Origin: an uncultured archaeon
Lineage (GTDB): Archaea; Iainarchaeota; Iainarchaeia; Iainarchaeales; 1-14-0-10-31-34
Direction: 5' to 3'
DNA: 64,000 nucleotides
NCBI GenBank assembly: GCA_964442255.1
Contig: CAYTYC010000002.1
Location: forward strand, 730 to 64,729
A program made the translations under genes and the position numbers. This document shows positions 1 to 9,700 of this stretch, piece by piece (position 1 is the stretch's first letter; each line of letters opens with the position of its first letter). The notes under the pieces are model-generated. The model worked only from the letters and a program-made list of their open reading frames with translations. It had not been told where the DNA came from and made no database searches.

Positions 1-15
1 GAATTCTATTTAAGT

Positions 16-228
16 GTGGCTGAATTGAGGAAATTTTTTGTGCGCAGGGCGCAGGGCAGTGAAGGGAAAGGGCTGGAATTGTTTTCGGAAAACAAAGCGC
101 AAAGCGAATGGAGTTCAGTTTACATGCTCATTGTTTTGATTATCGCCGCCCTGTTGCTTATCGCCGTGATTAAGCCGATGTTCCAGCAGTCCCAGGACAT
201 CGTGAAAACAAGCGGCGATTCAGCCTGA
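16..228 (+). CDS. Small single-TM protein. Possibly 5'-truncated by the window edge or starting at the internal TTG at 79, which would give an MFSENKAQ|SEWSSVYMLIVLIIAALLLIAVI pilin-like N-terminus.
   Basis: The ORF is open to position 1 with no upstream stop. It has one ~22-aa hydrophobic helix. It is co-oriented with, and directly precedes, the pilin-like array. Confidence 0.3.
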   Translation: MAELRKFFVRRAQGSEGKGLELFSENKAQSEWSSVYMLIVLIIAALLLIAVIKPMFQQSQDIVKTSGDSA

Positions 229-238
229 GGGAATTTGA

Positions 239-808
239 ATGAAACAAAAGGGCCAGGAAGCCGCGCCGTTTGAACTGCTGATTGCGGTCATCCTGATGGG
301 TTTTGTCTTGTTTGTGGGATTGACTGCAATGAAGGAACTGGAAAGGCAGCAGTGCCTCGGCAAAGTGAACGAAAAGCTTTCCGAAATGGAGGGCGCAATT
401 GAAAGGGTGGTGAACAACAAGGACACGGTAAGCATTAACTTTAATTTTTCTTCCTGTGCGGCCGACGAAAGCGTGGTGATGAAGGACTGGTTAAATGAAA
501 CCTACTGCGGCGTGAGGTGCGGAAGGGACAAGAAAAGGTGCACGATTCTCACCTATTTTTCGCCTGCCGCGGACGTTGACCCGATTGAAAAATGCCTTGA
601 CATTCCCGCGGCAGTGGAATACGTTACCGAAAAGGACAGGGGCTGCGACATCGGCGAAAACTATTCCCTCATTAATTTGCGTGACACAACTGATGACAAC
701 CCGTTCTCCCAGTATTCCGGAATACCGAAAGGAAAGTACAGGCTCCAGTACCTTCCATTGGAAGGCGACTCAACACCGCATGTCTGCGCGTTCCTTGAGA
801 AAAGGTGA
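239..808 (+). CDS. Archaeal type IV pilin-like protein with a class III signal peptide.
   Basis: ATG start with GAGGGA about 10 nt upstream. The N-terminus is MKQKGQ|EAAPFELLIAVILMGFVLFVGL: a basic leader, a K-G-Q prepilin-peptidase-type site, then a ~20-aa hydrophobic helix. The mature part contains 8 Cys. It is the first of four co-oriented genes with overlapping or abutting boundaries. Confidence 0.6.
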   Translation: MKQKGQEAAPFELLIAVILMGFVLFVGLTAMKELERQQCLGKVNEKLSEMEGAIERVVNNKDTVSINFNFSSCAADESVVMKDWLNETYCGVRCGRDKKRCTILTYFSPAADVDPIEKCLDIPAAVEYVTEKDRGCDIGENYSLINLRDTTDDNPFSQYSGIPKGKYRLQYLPLEGDSTPHVCAFLEKR

Positions 809-812
809 ATGA

Positions 813-1505
813 ATGCTTGGATTCACTTTAAGCAAGCTCAACCTTCTTATACTGGTTATGGCAATTTTCACCATTTCCTCGTTTTTTTTGTTCGGCTTAA
901 GCGAAACCATCGTGAAAAAGGTTGCCGCGGACTTGACCACAAACCACGCGCGAAGCATTTACACCATGGTTAACAGCGAAACCTTCTGCGACTCCAAGGT
1001 TTTTTACCTGCCTGACTCGCTTGACACCAGCCCAAGCGGAAGGGGAGGAGGCTATTACTACGTTTTTTCGGTTAAGGCGCTTGAATACGATAAATCCGGA
1101 AGGCAGTTTTATAAGGTGGCTTTTGTTGTTTCGGACAGGAAAGAGGAAGGCAAAGTGATTGCCGCCTCCTCTTTTGATGTTCCCATCGCGGGGGAAAACG
1201 AAGAGGAGGGAAAGGTTGAAGAAATTGTTTTCTTTGATTATGTGGAACTTGAAAACAGCGTGCAGGGGCAGGGAAGCCCGGTACAGCACGAGGGACACGG
1301 GAAAGGAATTACTTTGGACCCGCAGGACCAGAGAAGGATTGACGCATACGTTTTTTTGAAGGAAACGCATGGGGCAAACAAAACGCTTTACTTTGTTCCG
1401 TGCTCTTCAACCGGCAGGACGTGCCTGGATTTTCTCATGGAAGCGGGGGAGGCGGCGCACCCGGGTGAAGGATTTAAGTGCACTCCTTTGAGGGCGGTTG
1501 AATGA
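813..1505 (+). CDS. Pilin-like protein whose N-terminus resembles the bacterial type IVa G|FTLxE motif.
   Basis: The N-terminus is MLG|FTLSKLNLLILVMAIFTISSFFLFGL, i.e. Gly then F-T-L then a hydrophobic helix, with K at +5 instead of E. It starts 5 nt after the previous stop, and its end overlaps the next ORF by 4 nt. Confidence 0.5.
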   Translation: MLGFTLSKLNLLILVMAIFTISSFFLFGLSETIVKKVAADLTTNHARSIYTMVNSETFCDSKVFYLPDSLDTSPSGRGGGYYYVFSVKALEYDKSGRQFYKVAFVVSDRKEEGKVIAASSFDVPIAGENEEEGKVEEIVFFDYVELENSVQGQGSPVQHEGHGKGITLDPQDQRRIDAYVFLKETHGANKTLYFVPCSSTGRTCLDFLMEAGEAAHPGEGFKCTPLRAVE

Positions 1506-2191
1506 AAAAAATTTTTTTTCCCCTAAAAGGCTTTCCGCGGGGCATTTTTTTCGGCAAAGCCTACCGCAAACCAATGGTTTGCGGAGCCCCTGAAAGGCAT
1601 TCTTTTGCGGGTTTTTCCGGAAAAGGCTTTCTTGGGCCTATTGGCGACGACCTGCCTTCCCTTATTCCCCTTATTTTTGCGTTGATTGTTTTTTTTTCGG
1701 TTTTTTATTCCGCAAACCAGGCCTTTGACAGAAAAACCTCTGTTTTTGAGGACGACATCACCTTAATGCAGATTGGAAATTCCCTGCGTTCAACCGGATT
1801 CATTTCCGGCTACCCTCATTTCAGCGATTTGTGCAATTCATTGAACGTGAGAAGGGTGAAGTTTGTTGCAGGGCTCGTGGACTACATTGAATTCAGGGAA
1901 AGGGAAGGAAAACAATGGCACGAGCTTGACCCTAACACTATTTTCAGCGAAGGCTTTGAGTTTTTTGGGGCGGAAAGCCCTGAGGAAGGGCAAGTGAAGT
2001 TTGTGTGCACAAATGTTCCTGCAGAAGGCAGGTGGGCAGGCTTTCCCGTTATTCCCGCGGAAAAGGAAAATGTTGTCACCCGAACTTATTCTGTTGTCCT
2101 TGATTTCGGGGAATTCCGGGACCCAAAACTTGAAAAGCCCTCGCATTACGTTAAACCAATGCTTTTGGTGATTGCTGCATGGCGGGCTTGA
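1502..2191 (+). CDS. Membrane-anchored secreted protein in the pilin operon. Possibly a minor pilin or pilus-associated protein; the leader is atypical.
   Basis: ATGA overlap with the upstream gene. A basic N-terminus is followed by a hydrophobic helix at about residues 52-75 (LPSLIPLIFALIVFFSVFY) that follows a GKGF motif. Contains several Cys. Confidence 0.4.
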   Translation: MKKIFFPLKGFPRGIFFGKAYRKPMVCGAPERHSFAGFSGKGFLGPIGDDLPSLIPLIFALIVFFSVFYSANQAFDRKTSVFEDDITLMQIGNSLRSTGFISGYPHFSDLCNSLNVRRVKFVAGLVDYIEFREREGKQWHELDPNTIFSEGFEFFGAESPEEGQVKFVCTNVPAEGRWAGFPVIPAEKENVVTRTYSVVLDFGEFRDPKLEKPSHYVKPMLLVIAAWRA

Positions 2192-3006
2192 ATTCTAAAG
2201 GGCAGGCCGCTGTAACCGATGCCTTGTTTTTTTTGATTGTGGTCATGGCCATATCCAGTTTTCTGCTTCTTTTTGTCACGGACTACGGGCAAAACCTGGG
2301 GGGCTTTATTTCAAACCGCTACAAGGCAGACTTCACGACTTCCGCGCTTAAAACAATCCTTTACTCCAATTATCCCCGTGACCCTGATTCAATGAATTTG
2401 GCCGGCGAGCCTGAGGTTGATTACCTTATGGCGTTGGTGAAAGAGGATTACGCGGTTTTGACCACTGAAGAAGCAGGCGACGATAAACATTATAAAATAG
2501 ACGAATACGATGTTGCTTTGGCGCGGCAGATAAGGGAAGTTATGCGCCCAATCAGCGACTCGCATGACTACCTTTTTTACATTAACACAAAAATTGACGA
2601 AAGGGAAGGGGAAGAGATTCCGTTCATGTTTTTGAAGCTCACCAAATTGGAGGTTCTTGAAGTGCCTGGCAAAGCGCCTTCCATTGCCAGGGAAGGAACC
2701 ACTGTTTATTACAGGTGTGCCCCTGGCAGGAGGGCGGACATCACGAATTTCACTGTTTCTTTGGGGGTTTCCGGGAGGACAGTGACTTCCGCGGCTTTCC
2801 CGAAAATAGTGGAAGACGGAAGAGGGGGATATGAGGTGGATGTTGAAAACAGCCTGATTGAGCTTGCCTCATGGCTTTCAACCGAAGTTGACATGCGTGA
2901 AGACAACCCGCAAACAGCTGTTGCGGAGGGAAGGCTTTTCCGTGCGCTTAACTGCACGAAATTCACGAAATTAACGGAGTCAATTCAGCCTATTCCTGAA
3001 CCGTGA
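2179..3006 (+). CDS. Archaeal type IV pilin-like protein with a class III signal peptide.
   Basis: The N-terminus is MAGLNSKGQ|AAVTDALFFLIVVMAISSFLLLFV: a K-G-Q site followed by a hydrophobic helix. It overlaps the previous ORF and carries N-x-S/T sequons (NFT, NCT). Confidence 0.55.
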   Translation: MAGLNSKGQAAVTDALFFLIVVMAISSFLLLFVTDYGQNLGGFISNRYKADFTTSALKTILYSNYPRDPDSMNLAGEPEVDYLMALVKEDYAVLTTEEAGDDKHYKIDEYDVALARQIREVMRPISDSHDYLFYINTKIDEREGEEIPFMFLKLTKLEVLEVPGKAPSIAREGTTVYYRCAPGRRADITNFTVSLGVSGRTVTSAAFPKIVEDGRGGYEVDVENSLIELASWLSTEVDMREDNPQTAVAEGRLFRALNCTKFTKLTESIQPIPEP

Positions 3007-3751
3007 ACCGTTTCCCGCACTTCGGGCACCTGTACTTCATTCTTCCCCCGCCTTTCTCCAAATCTTTTGCGCAAGCCAGACAGAACGCGTTTCCGCAGCT
3101 TGGGCAGTAAATTATTTTTTCCGTTTTTTTTCCGCAGCTTGGGCACAAATTTTTTTCCGGCTCTTTTTCACTGAATTCCTTCAATTCCTTCAGCTCTTCC
3201 CCTTCTTCTTCCATTCCCAGTTCTTTCTCCAAATCACCCAACCCCAGGCCCATTTCATCCCCCATTCCTTTGTTTTCCCCTTCCTTCAGGAGGTCCTCAA
3301 AGCTCTGCTTTTCCTTTGGTTCCCTTAACGGCCTAACTTCATTCCCATCTTCTTTGCCTCTTCTTCCTTTTCCCCCGCTTCTTTCATTCCTTTCAATTTT
3401 CACCTGCGGGAAAATGCTTTCAGCCATCGCGTCAACCTCGTTTTTGCTTGGCTCCCTTTTGTTTCGGTTCTTGAAGTTCCTTATTTCCTGCACTATTCTC
3501 TTTTTTTCTTCCCTGTTTCTTCCCCTGTGCTCCCTGTACAATGATTTTCTTTCCTCCGGGCTTAATCCCTGCAGTTCGTCCACTATTTCTTTTGTGCCTT
3601 CCCTGCCGGAGCCTTCCTCAAACTGCCCGTAAAAGTCCTCGTAGTTTGGCGGAGGCTCGCCCCTTTTTTCGGCCTGCCTGTAAAACCTCTTCAGCCTTCT
3701 TGGAATGTCTTCGTATTCCATTTTCCTTCGGCTAAAAGAAGGCACTTCCAT
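2990..3751 (-). CDS. Highly charged (E/K/R-rich), predicted disordered protein with a C-terminal double zinc ribbon.
   Basis: The C-terminus reads CPSCGKK...YCPSCGNAFCLACAKD...YRCPKCGKRF, i.e. three CxxC pairs. The rest is low-complexity EKR-rich sequence. It is divergent from the pilin array and convergently overlaps its last gene by 17 nt. Confidence 0.45.
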   Translation of the reverse strand: MEVPSFSRRKMEYEDIPRRLKRFYRQAEKRGEPPPNYEDFYGQFEEGSGREGTKEIVDELQGLSPEERKSLYREHRGRNREEKKRIVQEIRNFKNRNKREPSKNEVDAMAESIFPQVKIERNERSGGKGRRGKEDGNEVRPLREPKEKQSFEDLLKEGENKGMGDEMGLGLGDLEKELGMEEEGEELKELKEFSEKEPEKNLCPSCGKKTEKIIYCPSCGNAFCLACAKDLEKGGGRMKYRCPKCGKRFTVQE

Positions 3752-3795
3752 ATTTTAATTCTTTTTCCCCCCGCAAAGCTACTCATTTCCGTTAA

Positions 3796-3816
3796 GCGTA
3801 AACTTTTTAAGTAAAT
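3796..3816 (+). promoter_or_regulatory. TATA-like box for the ECF S-component gene (leaderless arrangement).
   Basis: AACTTTTTAAGTAAAT is centred about 27 nt upstream of the ATG at 3835, inside an 83-nt divergent intergenic region. Confidence 0.3.
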
Positions 3817-3834
3817 GCGCCGTCTTTTTTTAGC

Positions 3835-4362
3835 ATGAACCGCAACAAGGTTGTAATCGGCTCCGCGCTTCTCGCGGCATTAAGCCTGGTTTTCCAGTTC
3901 CTTCCTTTGTTCTACAAGTTTGGGGACATCCGCATTGACCTGGTCGGCTTTCCCTGGATTTTGTCCTCCCTTGCGTTCGGCTTAAGCGGAGGACTCTTAA
4001 CTTCGGTTATTTCCTCAATTGTGCTGGTTTTCACTCCCTCGGGGTGGGTGGGGGCGACGGCAAAATTTCTTGCGACAGTTCCGATGGTTGTTGTTTTCGG
4101 TTTGCTGAAGTTGAAGGGCAAAACCGCCTTAAAATTCCTTTTCGCGGGCTTCATTTTCGCAACAGTTTTCCGCGCAATTTTCATGTCTTTGTTCAACTAC
4201 TTTTTTGCTTTCCCCGTGTTTTGGGGCGTTCCGGTGGAAGAGGCGCTCAACTATCCTTTGGAGTTGATTGTGTTGCCGAACATTTTTCTTTCCGTGATAG
4301 AGTTTTCCCTTGCATACTTTGTCTTGTTTAAAACAAAGCTGAGGTCCAGGCTTAATGCTTGA
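3835..4362 (+). CDS. Putative ECF-type transporter substrate-binding (S) component.
   Basis: A 175-aa, 5-6 TM hydrophobic protein. It overlaps the downstream tandem ABC ATPase by 8 nt. Confidence 0.5.
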   Translation: MNRNKVVIGSALLAALSLVFQFLPLFYKFGDIRIDLVGFPWILSSLAFGLSGGLLTSVISSIVLVFTPSGWVGATAKFLATVPMVVVFGLLKLKGKTALKFLFAGFIFATVFRAIFMSLFNYFFAFPVFWGVPVEEALNYPLELIVLPNIFLSVIEFSLAYFVLFKTKLRSRLNA

Positions 4363-5581
4363 ATGCGAAAAATTAGGCATTTCTTTCGGGGAAAAAACCG
4401 CCGTAAAAGACTTTTTCCTTTCTTTGCGGGAAGGGGAATCAGTTGGAATAACGGGCGCAAACGGAAGCGGAAAAAGCTCGCTTGCCCTGCTCTTTGCGGG
4501 AATTATCCCGGAATTAATTGAAGCAAGGGTTGAAGGAAAATTTTCCTGCAAAGCCAAAACAGGCCTGATAATGCAGAACCCTTCCTCCCAGTTTTTTGCC
4601 TTAACCGTTAAGGAGGAGACAGGAAGGGCCGATTTAGGCGATTTCCGCGCCCAGCACCTCCTCCGGAAATCCGTTTTTGAGTTAAGCGAAGGGGAAAAGC
4701 AGAAAATAAACCTCATCTCCAACCTTTTGAATGAATCCGAACTGCTAATCCTTGACGAGCCTTTGGAGCTTTTGGACCCTTTTGAGGCGCGCGCCTTTAA
4801 AGAGCTCCTTGAGGAACAAAACAAGACGGTAATCTGGTTTGACAAGGACGAATCCTTTCTTAAGGGAATGAAAACATTTTCCCTTGGAAATCCCGTGGAA
4901 AACCATGAAATACGAAAGAGGGATTCCGCGGAAGAGGCGGAAAACCGTGAACGAAGAAAGGGAAATTCCGCGGAAAAAATTCCGCAAAAAAATTTTTTCC
5001 GCACTGTTTTGGACGCAAATTTTTCCCTGAAATTAAGCGGCTTAAGCCTTCAAAACCTTTCTTTTTCATTGGCTGAAGGCGAAAAGGTCGCACTCATCGG
5101 CGCGAACGGCTCCGGGAAAACATCTTTCCTTAAGTCGCTTGCCGGCCTGCACAAAGTAAGGGGAAAAATTTTTTCTTCCCTTCCCTTAAACCTTGTCCCC
5201 CAAAACCCTGCGCACATTTTTTTCAGGGAAACCGCGTTGCAGGAAATCTGCAGCCCTGAAACAGCGGAATTTTTGGGCATGAATGAATTTTCTTCCTGCG
5301 CCCCTGAAAAATTAAGCAAAGGCCAGCAAAAGCTTTTGTCCCTTGCAAGCTTTCCGGAAAAAAGCGTGATGCTTTTGGACGAGCCAACCACCTGGCTTGA
5401 TTCAGGAAACAAAAGCAGGGTCTATGACTTGATTGAAGGAAGCCCTAATTCAATGCTTGTCGCAACCCACGACAAACGCCTTGCGGAATTGTGCGACCGC
5501 GTGCTTTTATTGAACGGAGGCCTGAGCGAATGTTCCAGTTCAACCCTGAATCGGTTTTTTCGCGGCATCCCGCTGAACTGA
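4355..5581 (+). CDS. ecfA: Fused tandem ABC ATPase (EcfA-EcfA' type), very compact.
   Basis: It has two Walker A motifs (GANGSGKSS and GANGSGKTS), two signature-like motifs (LSEGEKQK and LSKGQQK) and two Walker B motifs (LLILDEP and MLLDEPT). Each half is about 200 aa. Confidence 0.75.
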   Translation: MLECEKLGISFGEKTAVKDFFLSLREGESVGITGANGSGKSSLALLFAGIIPELIEARVEGKFSCKAKTGLIMQNPSSQFFALTVKEETGRADLGDFRAQHLLRKSVFELSEGEKQKINLISNLLNESELLILDEPLELLDPFEARAFKELLEEQNKTVIWFDKDESFLKGMKTFSLGNPVENHEIRKRDSAEEAENRERRKGNSAEKIPQKNFFRTVLDANFSLKLSGLSLQNLSFSLAEGEKVALIGANGSGKTSFLKSLAGLHKVRGKIFSSLPLNLVPQNPAHIFFRETALQEICSPETAEFLGMNEFSSCAPEKLSKGQQKLLSLASFPEKSVMLLDEPTTWLDSGNKSRVYDLIEGSPNSMLVATHDKRLAELCDRVLLLNGGLSECSSSTLNRFFRGIPLN

Positions 5582-6135
5582 AGTTTTTCACGGTGCTTGC
5601 GGTGAGCGCCTTCGCGCTTTTCTTCAGGGACGCCTTTCCGCTTGCAGTCCTTTTCGCATTTTCCCTTATGCTGGTTTTGCTTGCAGGCCCCCGGGCCTTC
5701 CCCAAACTCCTCTTGAGCATTGCGCCTTTCCTTTTCCTCACCGACCTGAGCTTTCTTCTGTTCCTTTCCGCGTACATCCCCAATATTTGGGAAGTAATTA
5801 TTGTCTCCAACCTCCGCATGGCAGCCATCTTTCTTTCCTTCGCGTTTTTTTCCCTGAGCACGGATGTCTTTTCTTTGGTGAAGTTTTTTAAGAGGATTCA
5901 CCTGCCTAAAACAATTTACCTTTCCCTTTACATTGTGTTCCGTTTTTTTCCCGAAATTGAGCGGGATTTCCGTGAAATCAGGCAAATCCAGAGACTCCGG
6001 GGCTACTCCGGGAAAAACCCTTTCTCTTACCTGAAGGCAACCCTTTTTCCGCTGGTTTTCCTTTTGTTTGAAAGGATTGACGAAATTTCAGTCGCCTGTT
6101 ATTTAAGGGAAAAAAGGGGCGAAACCTTCGCTTAG
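5530..6135 (+). CDS. ecfT: ECF transporter transmembrane (T) component, CbiQ/EcfT-like.
   Basis: A multi-TM protein with a conserved cytoplasmic IRQIQRLRG coupling motif. The ORF track starts at 5491; the ATG at 5530 is preferred, although it still overlaps the ATPase 3' end by about 50 nt. Confidence 0.6.
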   Translation: MFQFNPESVFSRHPAELKFFTVLAVSAFALFFRDAFPLAVLFAFSLMLVLLAGPRAFPKLLLSIAPFLFLTDLSFLLFLSAYIPNIWEVIIVSNLRMAAIFLSFAFFSLSTDVFSLVKFFKRIHLPKTIYLSLYIVFRFFPEIERDFREIRQIQRLRGYSGKNPFSYLKATLFPLVFLLFERIDEISVACYLREKRGETFA

Positions 6136-6163
6136 CTTTTTTTCCCTCACTTCCCGCCTTTAC

Positions 6164-6180
6164 TAAACCTATATATATTA
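6164..6180 (+). promoter_or_regulatory. TATA box / BRE-like promoter for the 6204 membrane-protein gene (leaderless).
   Basis: CCTATATATATTA lies 25-38 nt upstream of the ATG at 6204 and is preceded by an A-rich CTAAA stretch. No SD-like sequence sits between the box and the ATG. Confidence 0.35.
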
Positions 6181-6203
6181 GTTGAATTCTATAATTTCCC
6201 TGT

Positions 6204-6737
6204 ATGGCTTTTCCAACGCCGATTGAGTTAGTGTTGTCTGTTTTCTCCTTTCTTAGGGGCGCGTTTCTCTTTTCTTTGGGCGTTTTTGTGCTGGCTTTCC
6301 TTGCCTCGCTTTTGAACAGGCACTGGTATAAAAGGTTTGACTGGAGCTGGTTCAGGGCGTCCTTTCTTTCCACTTACTTAATCCTGTTTGTTTTCCTGCT
6401 TTTGGTTTACGTTTTGCCGGTTTTTTTCGCTTTCTGGCAGGCAGACCCCGGCTTTATTCCGCCGGAATTCAGTTACACTTTTTCCGAATGGATTTCCATT
6501 GCCTTAACCCTTTTGCTGAAATCCCTTGCACTGGCCTTCCTTTTCGCCCTCCTTTTGATGCCGTTGGAATTCTTCGGGCTTTTTGTGATGGAAAAAATGG
6601 AGAAAAAGCATAAATTCCCGAAGGCCCTAAATATTTTTGCCGGGTGCTTTGCCTCAACCATGGCTGGAACGGCAGTTGTTTTGTTTGTTTTGCCTTTAAC
6701 CATTCCGGCATTAATTCACTTGATTTTCATGGTGTAA
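6204..6737 (+). CDS. Polytopic membrane protein of unknown function. Probably co-transcribed with the giant surface protein.
   Basis: 177 aa with 5-6 hydrophobic helices. It ends 6 nt before the ATG of the 1508-aa gene. Confidence 0.5.
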   Translation: MAFPTPIELVLSVFSFLRGAFLFSLGVFVLAFLASLLNRHWYKRFDWSWFRASFLSTYLILFVFLLLVYVLPVFFAFWQADPGFIPPEFSYTFSEWISIALTLLLKSLALAFLFALLLMPLEFFGLFVMEKMEKKHKFPKALNIFAGCFASTMAGTAVVLFVLPLTIPALIHLIFMV

Positions 6738-6743
6738 AAAAAA

Positions 6744-9700
6744 ATGCGCGCAAAAAAGGATTTCACGGTTTTTTTGCTGGTTTACCTTATTGCGGGCTCA
6801 ATTTTTTCGCCTTTCGCTTTCGCGCAGGAGAACGGAATGCCGGGCATTGACGGCATTTCCTCTGTTTCCCCTGACTTTGCCTGCTCAACCAAATCCCTTT
6901 CCAGGGAAGAAGTGGACGCAATCCATGAAAACGTACTGCAGGAAGGAATTGTGGCCGACGAACTGGGCTCAAGCGCGGCTCAAACTCCCCCTGAAGACAG
7001 GAAAGAGGTTGAAAACGCGACACTCGTTGACCCCGGGGAGGCGGGAGGGCAGGTCACCGCCTTCCAGATGCCCACCCGGATGATGGCGCCAGGCGAAATC
7101 GCTTACCTCTTGAACAGGTCAAGCACGGGCGCTTTTTCCTTTGGAATGCTTTTGAATGATTCCGTGAGGGCGGGAAGGTGCAAGGACCTGAACATGGACT
7201 GCCCCCTGGTTGCGGGCAGCCTTTTCCTGCGCAACAGCGGGGACGGAATAAAGGGCGACTTCATGAACGTCGTTGACCAGGTAAAGGAATGGACCAGCGA
7301 TGAAAAGCCCAACAATTTGACTGAAGAACAAAAGGCGGCAATGATAGTTGAATCCGAAGTATACAACGACAACAATTTCACCGCCCAAACGTTTGTGAGA
7401 ACCCCGGGCAAAATGATTCCAAACTCCCTTTTCACTGACTCCTTTACCGCAACAATGGCGACCTCCTGCGACCACTACCTTTGCTCAATTACAACCTACA
7501 GCATGTTTGACAAATACTTTAACTCCTGGTACAGCATGGACTTAACTTTTGCCAACTTTGGCCCCACAATCGTGGGCGGAATATGGAAAGCCTTTGGCTG
7601 GAGCGCCAGAAGGGGTTTTCTTGACAAATTCGGCCTGAAGTGGGCTGACAAGCTCAGGACAACTTTTTCCAAGCCAACCGATTTCCTTGGAAAAAACCGC
7701 CTTGCAAGATGGAAAGTTGAAAAGGACAGGTACGGCCTGGGGTCGGTCTGGACCCCGATGATTGAGCCAACAACAGGCGCAAGCACCGCGGGTTATTACG
7801 CGTTGAAGGGAGAGCCTTTCAGGAAATGGATGAACGAAATATGGCAGCCCGACGGATTGCTTGGAAAAATCAAGGACCCAAAAATAAAGGGCCACTTTTA
7901 TGATTCTTTCGCGAAATGGAGGGGCTATGTGAGAACGCAAACAGGGCTGATGGACATTGAAAGGGACCGGTTTTACTCAAGGCTTAAAAAGCTTGAATCC
8001 CAGTTTCCGAACGGGGAGCTTAGGGCGTGGAGAAGCAAGGAAGTAGGGGACGTGCAGTTTGAGGCGCTTACTCCGCAGGCAAGAGCCGCGGCGGATGCGG
8101 CACAGCTTGAATACAGCAGGGAGTTCTCGAAATTAATGCAGCGCTTTGATGACGACACCTCTTTTGACATTCCGGAATGGTTTGCGCGCTCAAAGGAATC
8201 AGGCTTATGGAATGCCGCGGTAAAGCAGGAGGGCGGGGAAGCGGTAATGCCGTTAATGGAAAACTCCAGGCACATCCAAAGGATTTTCGGTGAATTCGCG
8301 GAGCACGGCGACTTTTCCACCGTGAGCATGAAAAGCTTTTACAAGACCGCGGACAACGCGGGAAACATTGTGCGCGGCGGAAAAAACCTGCAGCTTTACC
8401 GCCCAAGCTCCCACGCCGTGTTGGCCCATGAAGTGGGGGCGGAAGAATTAAAGCACGCGGTCGCGGGCGGAAAATACGTTGAAAACTTCGCAAAGCTTGA
8501 CACAGGGGAAATGATGTCCATTACGCCGGGAACCCTTGAAATAATTGAGCGCAATACTTCAGGCCCGATTAAAATTTACACGGGCGGATGGGAGGCAGCG
8601 GAAGTGCTTACCCCGAACGAGCTTGCAAGAAGAATAAACGACTATGAATTCCAGACCAGGCTTCACACCGGGTTAAAGGAAAACGCGGAAAGAATGATGA
8701 ACACCTTAAAGGAAAGGGAATGGAAGAGCAGGAGGTATGCTTCGCTTTTGGACCAGGCAATGATGCAGGAAGAGCAGCTCATTAAAAGCTATTTTTCCGT
8801 GAGGGGAGGGGCAAAGTGGACGGCTTACCCTTACGCCTATTATTTCATGAAAAAAGGATTGTTCCAGGAAAACCTTTCAGGGTACATGCTTCCCGAGCAA
8901 TTTTATAAGGTAACCTATTACACGGGGGAAGAGGCAATATACGATGACGCGTTCGTGGACTTTTTTTCCAATGAGGGCTCCGACGACGGGGACATGTTTA
9001 TCCGCATAATCAAAAAGTTTCCATGGAAAATTGTTTTGGATGAGGTCTCCGAACATTACAACCCGATACGGGAATACTATGACCGCTTCACCAAGCACCT
9101 TATCAGGACAAAGGTGGGAAACCTCATTTACTATGCTGCCGGCCCGGAAGATTGCCCGGAATGCGGAATTTCGTTGAAGCCCACTGGCCTTGAATCCTTT
9201 AACGCTTCATTCAAGTCAAACAAGGAATTAACCTCCTTTATTTTGGAGGACACCCCTGAAGACAAGGAAGACGAAGGCCAGTTGCTGATTGCCTTTGGCT
9301 ACCACACAAACCTAAAAGGCGAGGCTCCGGGAGGCGAAGGCAGCCCTGAAAACATTGATTTGGTGAAAGCCAGGAAAGAGGGAACAACCTGCGGGCAAAA
9401 GCTTGAAGAGCTTTTCCGGGGCTGGGATAAGGCGTCAGAGTTCGGCGCAGCGGTCGGCGGGGCGCTTGCATTCAGTGAAACCCTGGGCTATTTTTTGTTC
9501 CATGGAAGCGGAATCTTCGGCAGCGCGGTAACGCAGATTGTGCTTGCCCCAAAATTCCAGGACTGCGTGGACGACAGGGAAGGCTATTACTCGCATTACT
9601 TCATGCCCGCGGAAAAGGAAATGGAGGAAAAAAAGGACTCCGAAAAAAACCTTGAAAAAAACGCCTTAAGCTTTTTTGAGGGCGTGAAGGAAACCTGGGA

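Noticed and set aside
1-6. The window begins with an EcoRI site (GAATTC), a possible cloned-fragment boundary.
   Set aside because: GAATTC recurs many times in the window (for example around 2190 and 6185), so this is not a biological feature and at most a cloning artefact.
5491-5529. The upstream extension of the EcfT ORF (track start 5491) and similar long N-terminal extensions of the track ORFs at 45653, 49100, 54783, 58286, 33113 and 16625.
   Set aside because: The extensions run into neighbouring genes or divergent partners. Internal ATGs restore typical family N-termini and sensible intergenic spacing.
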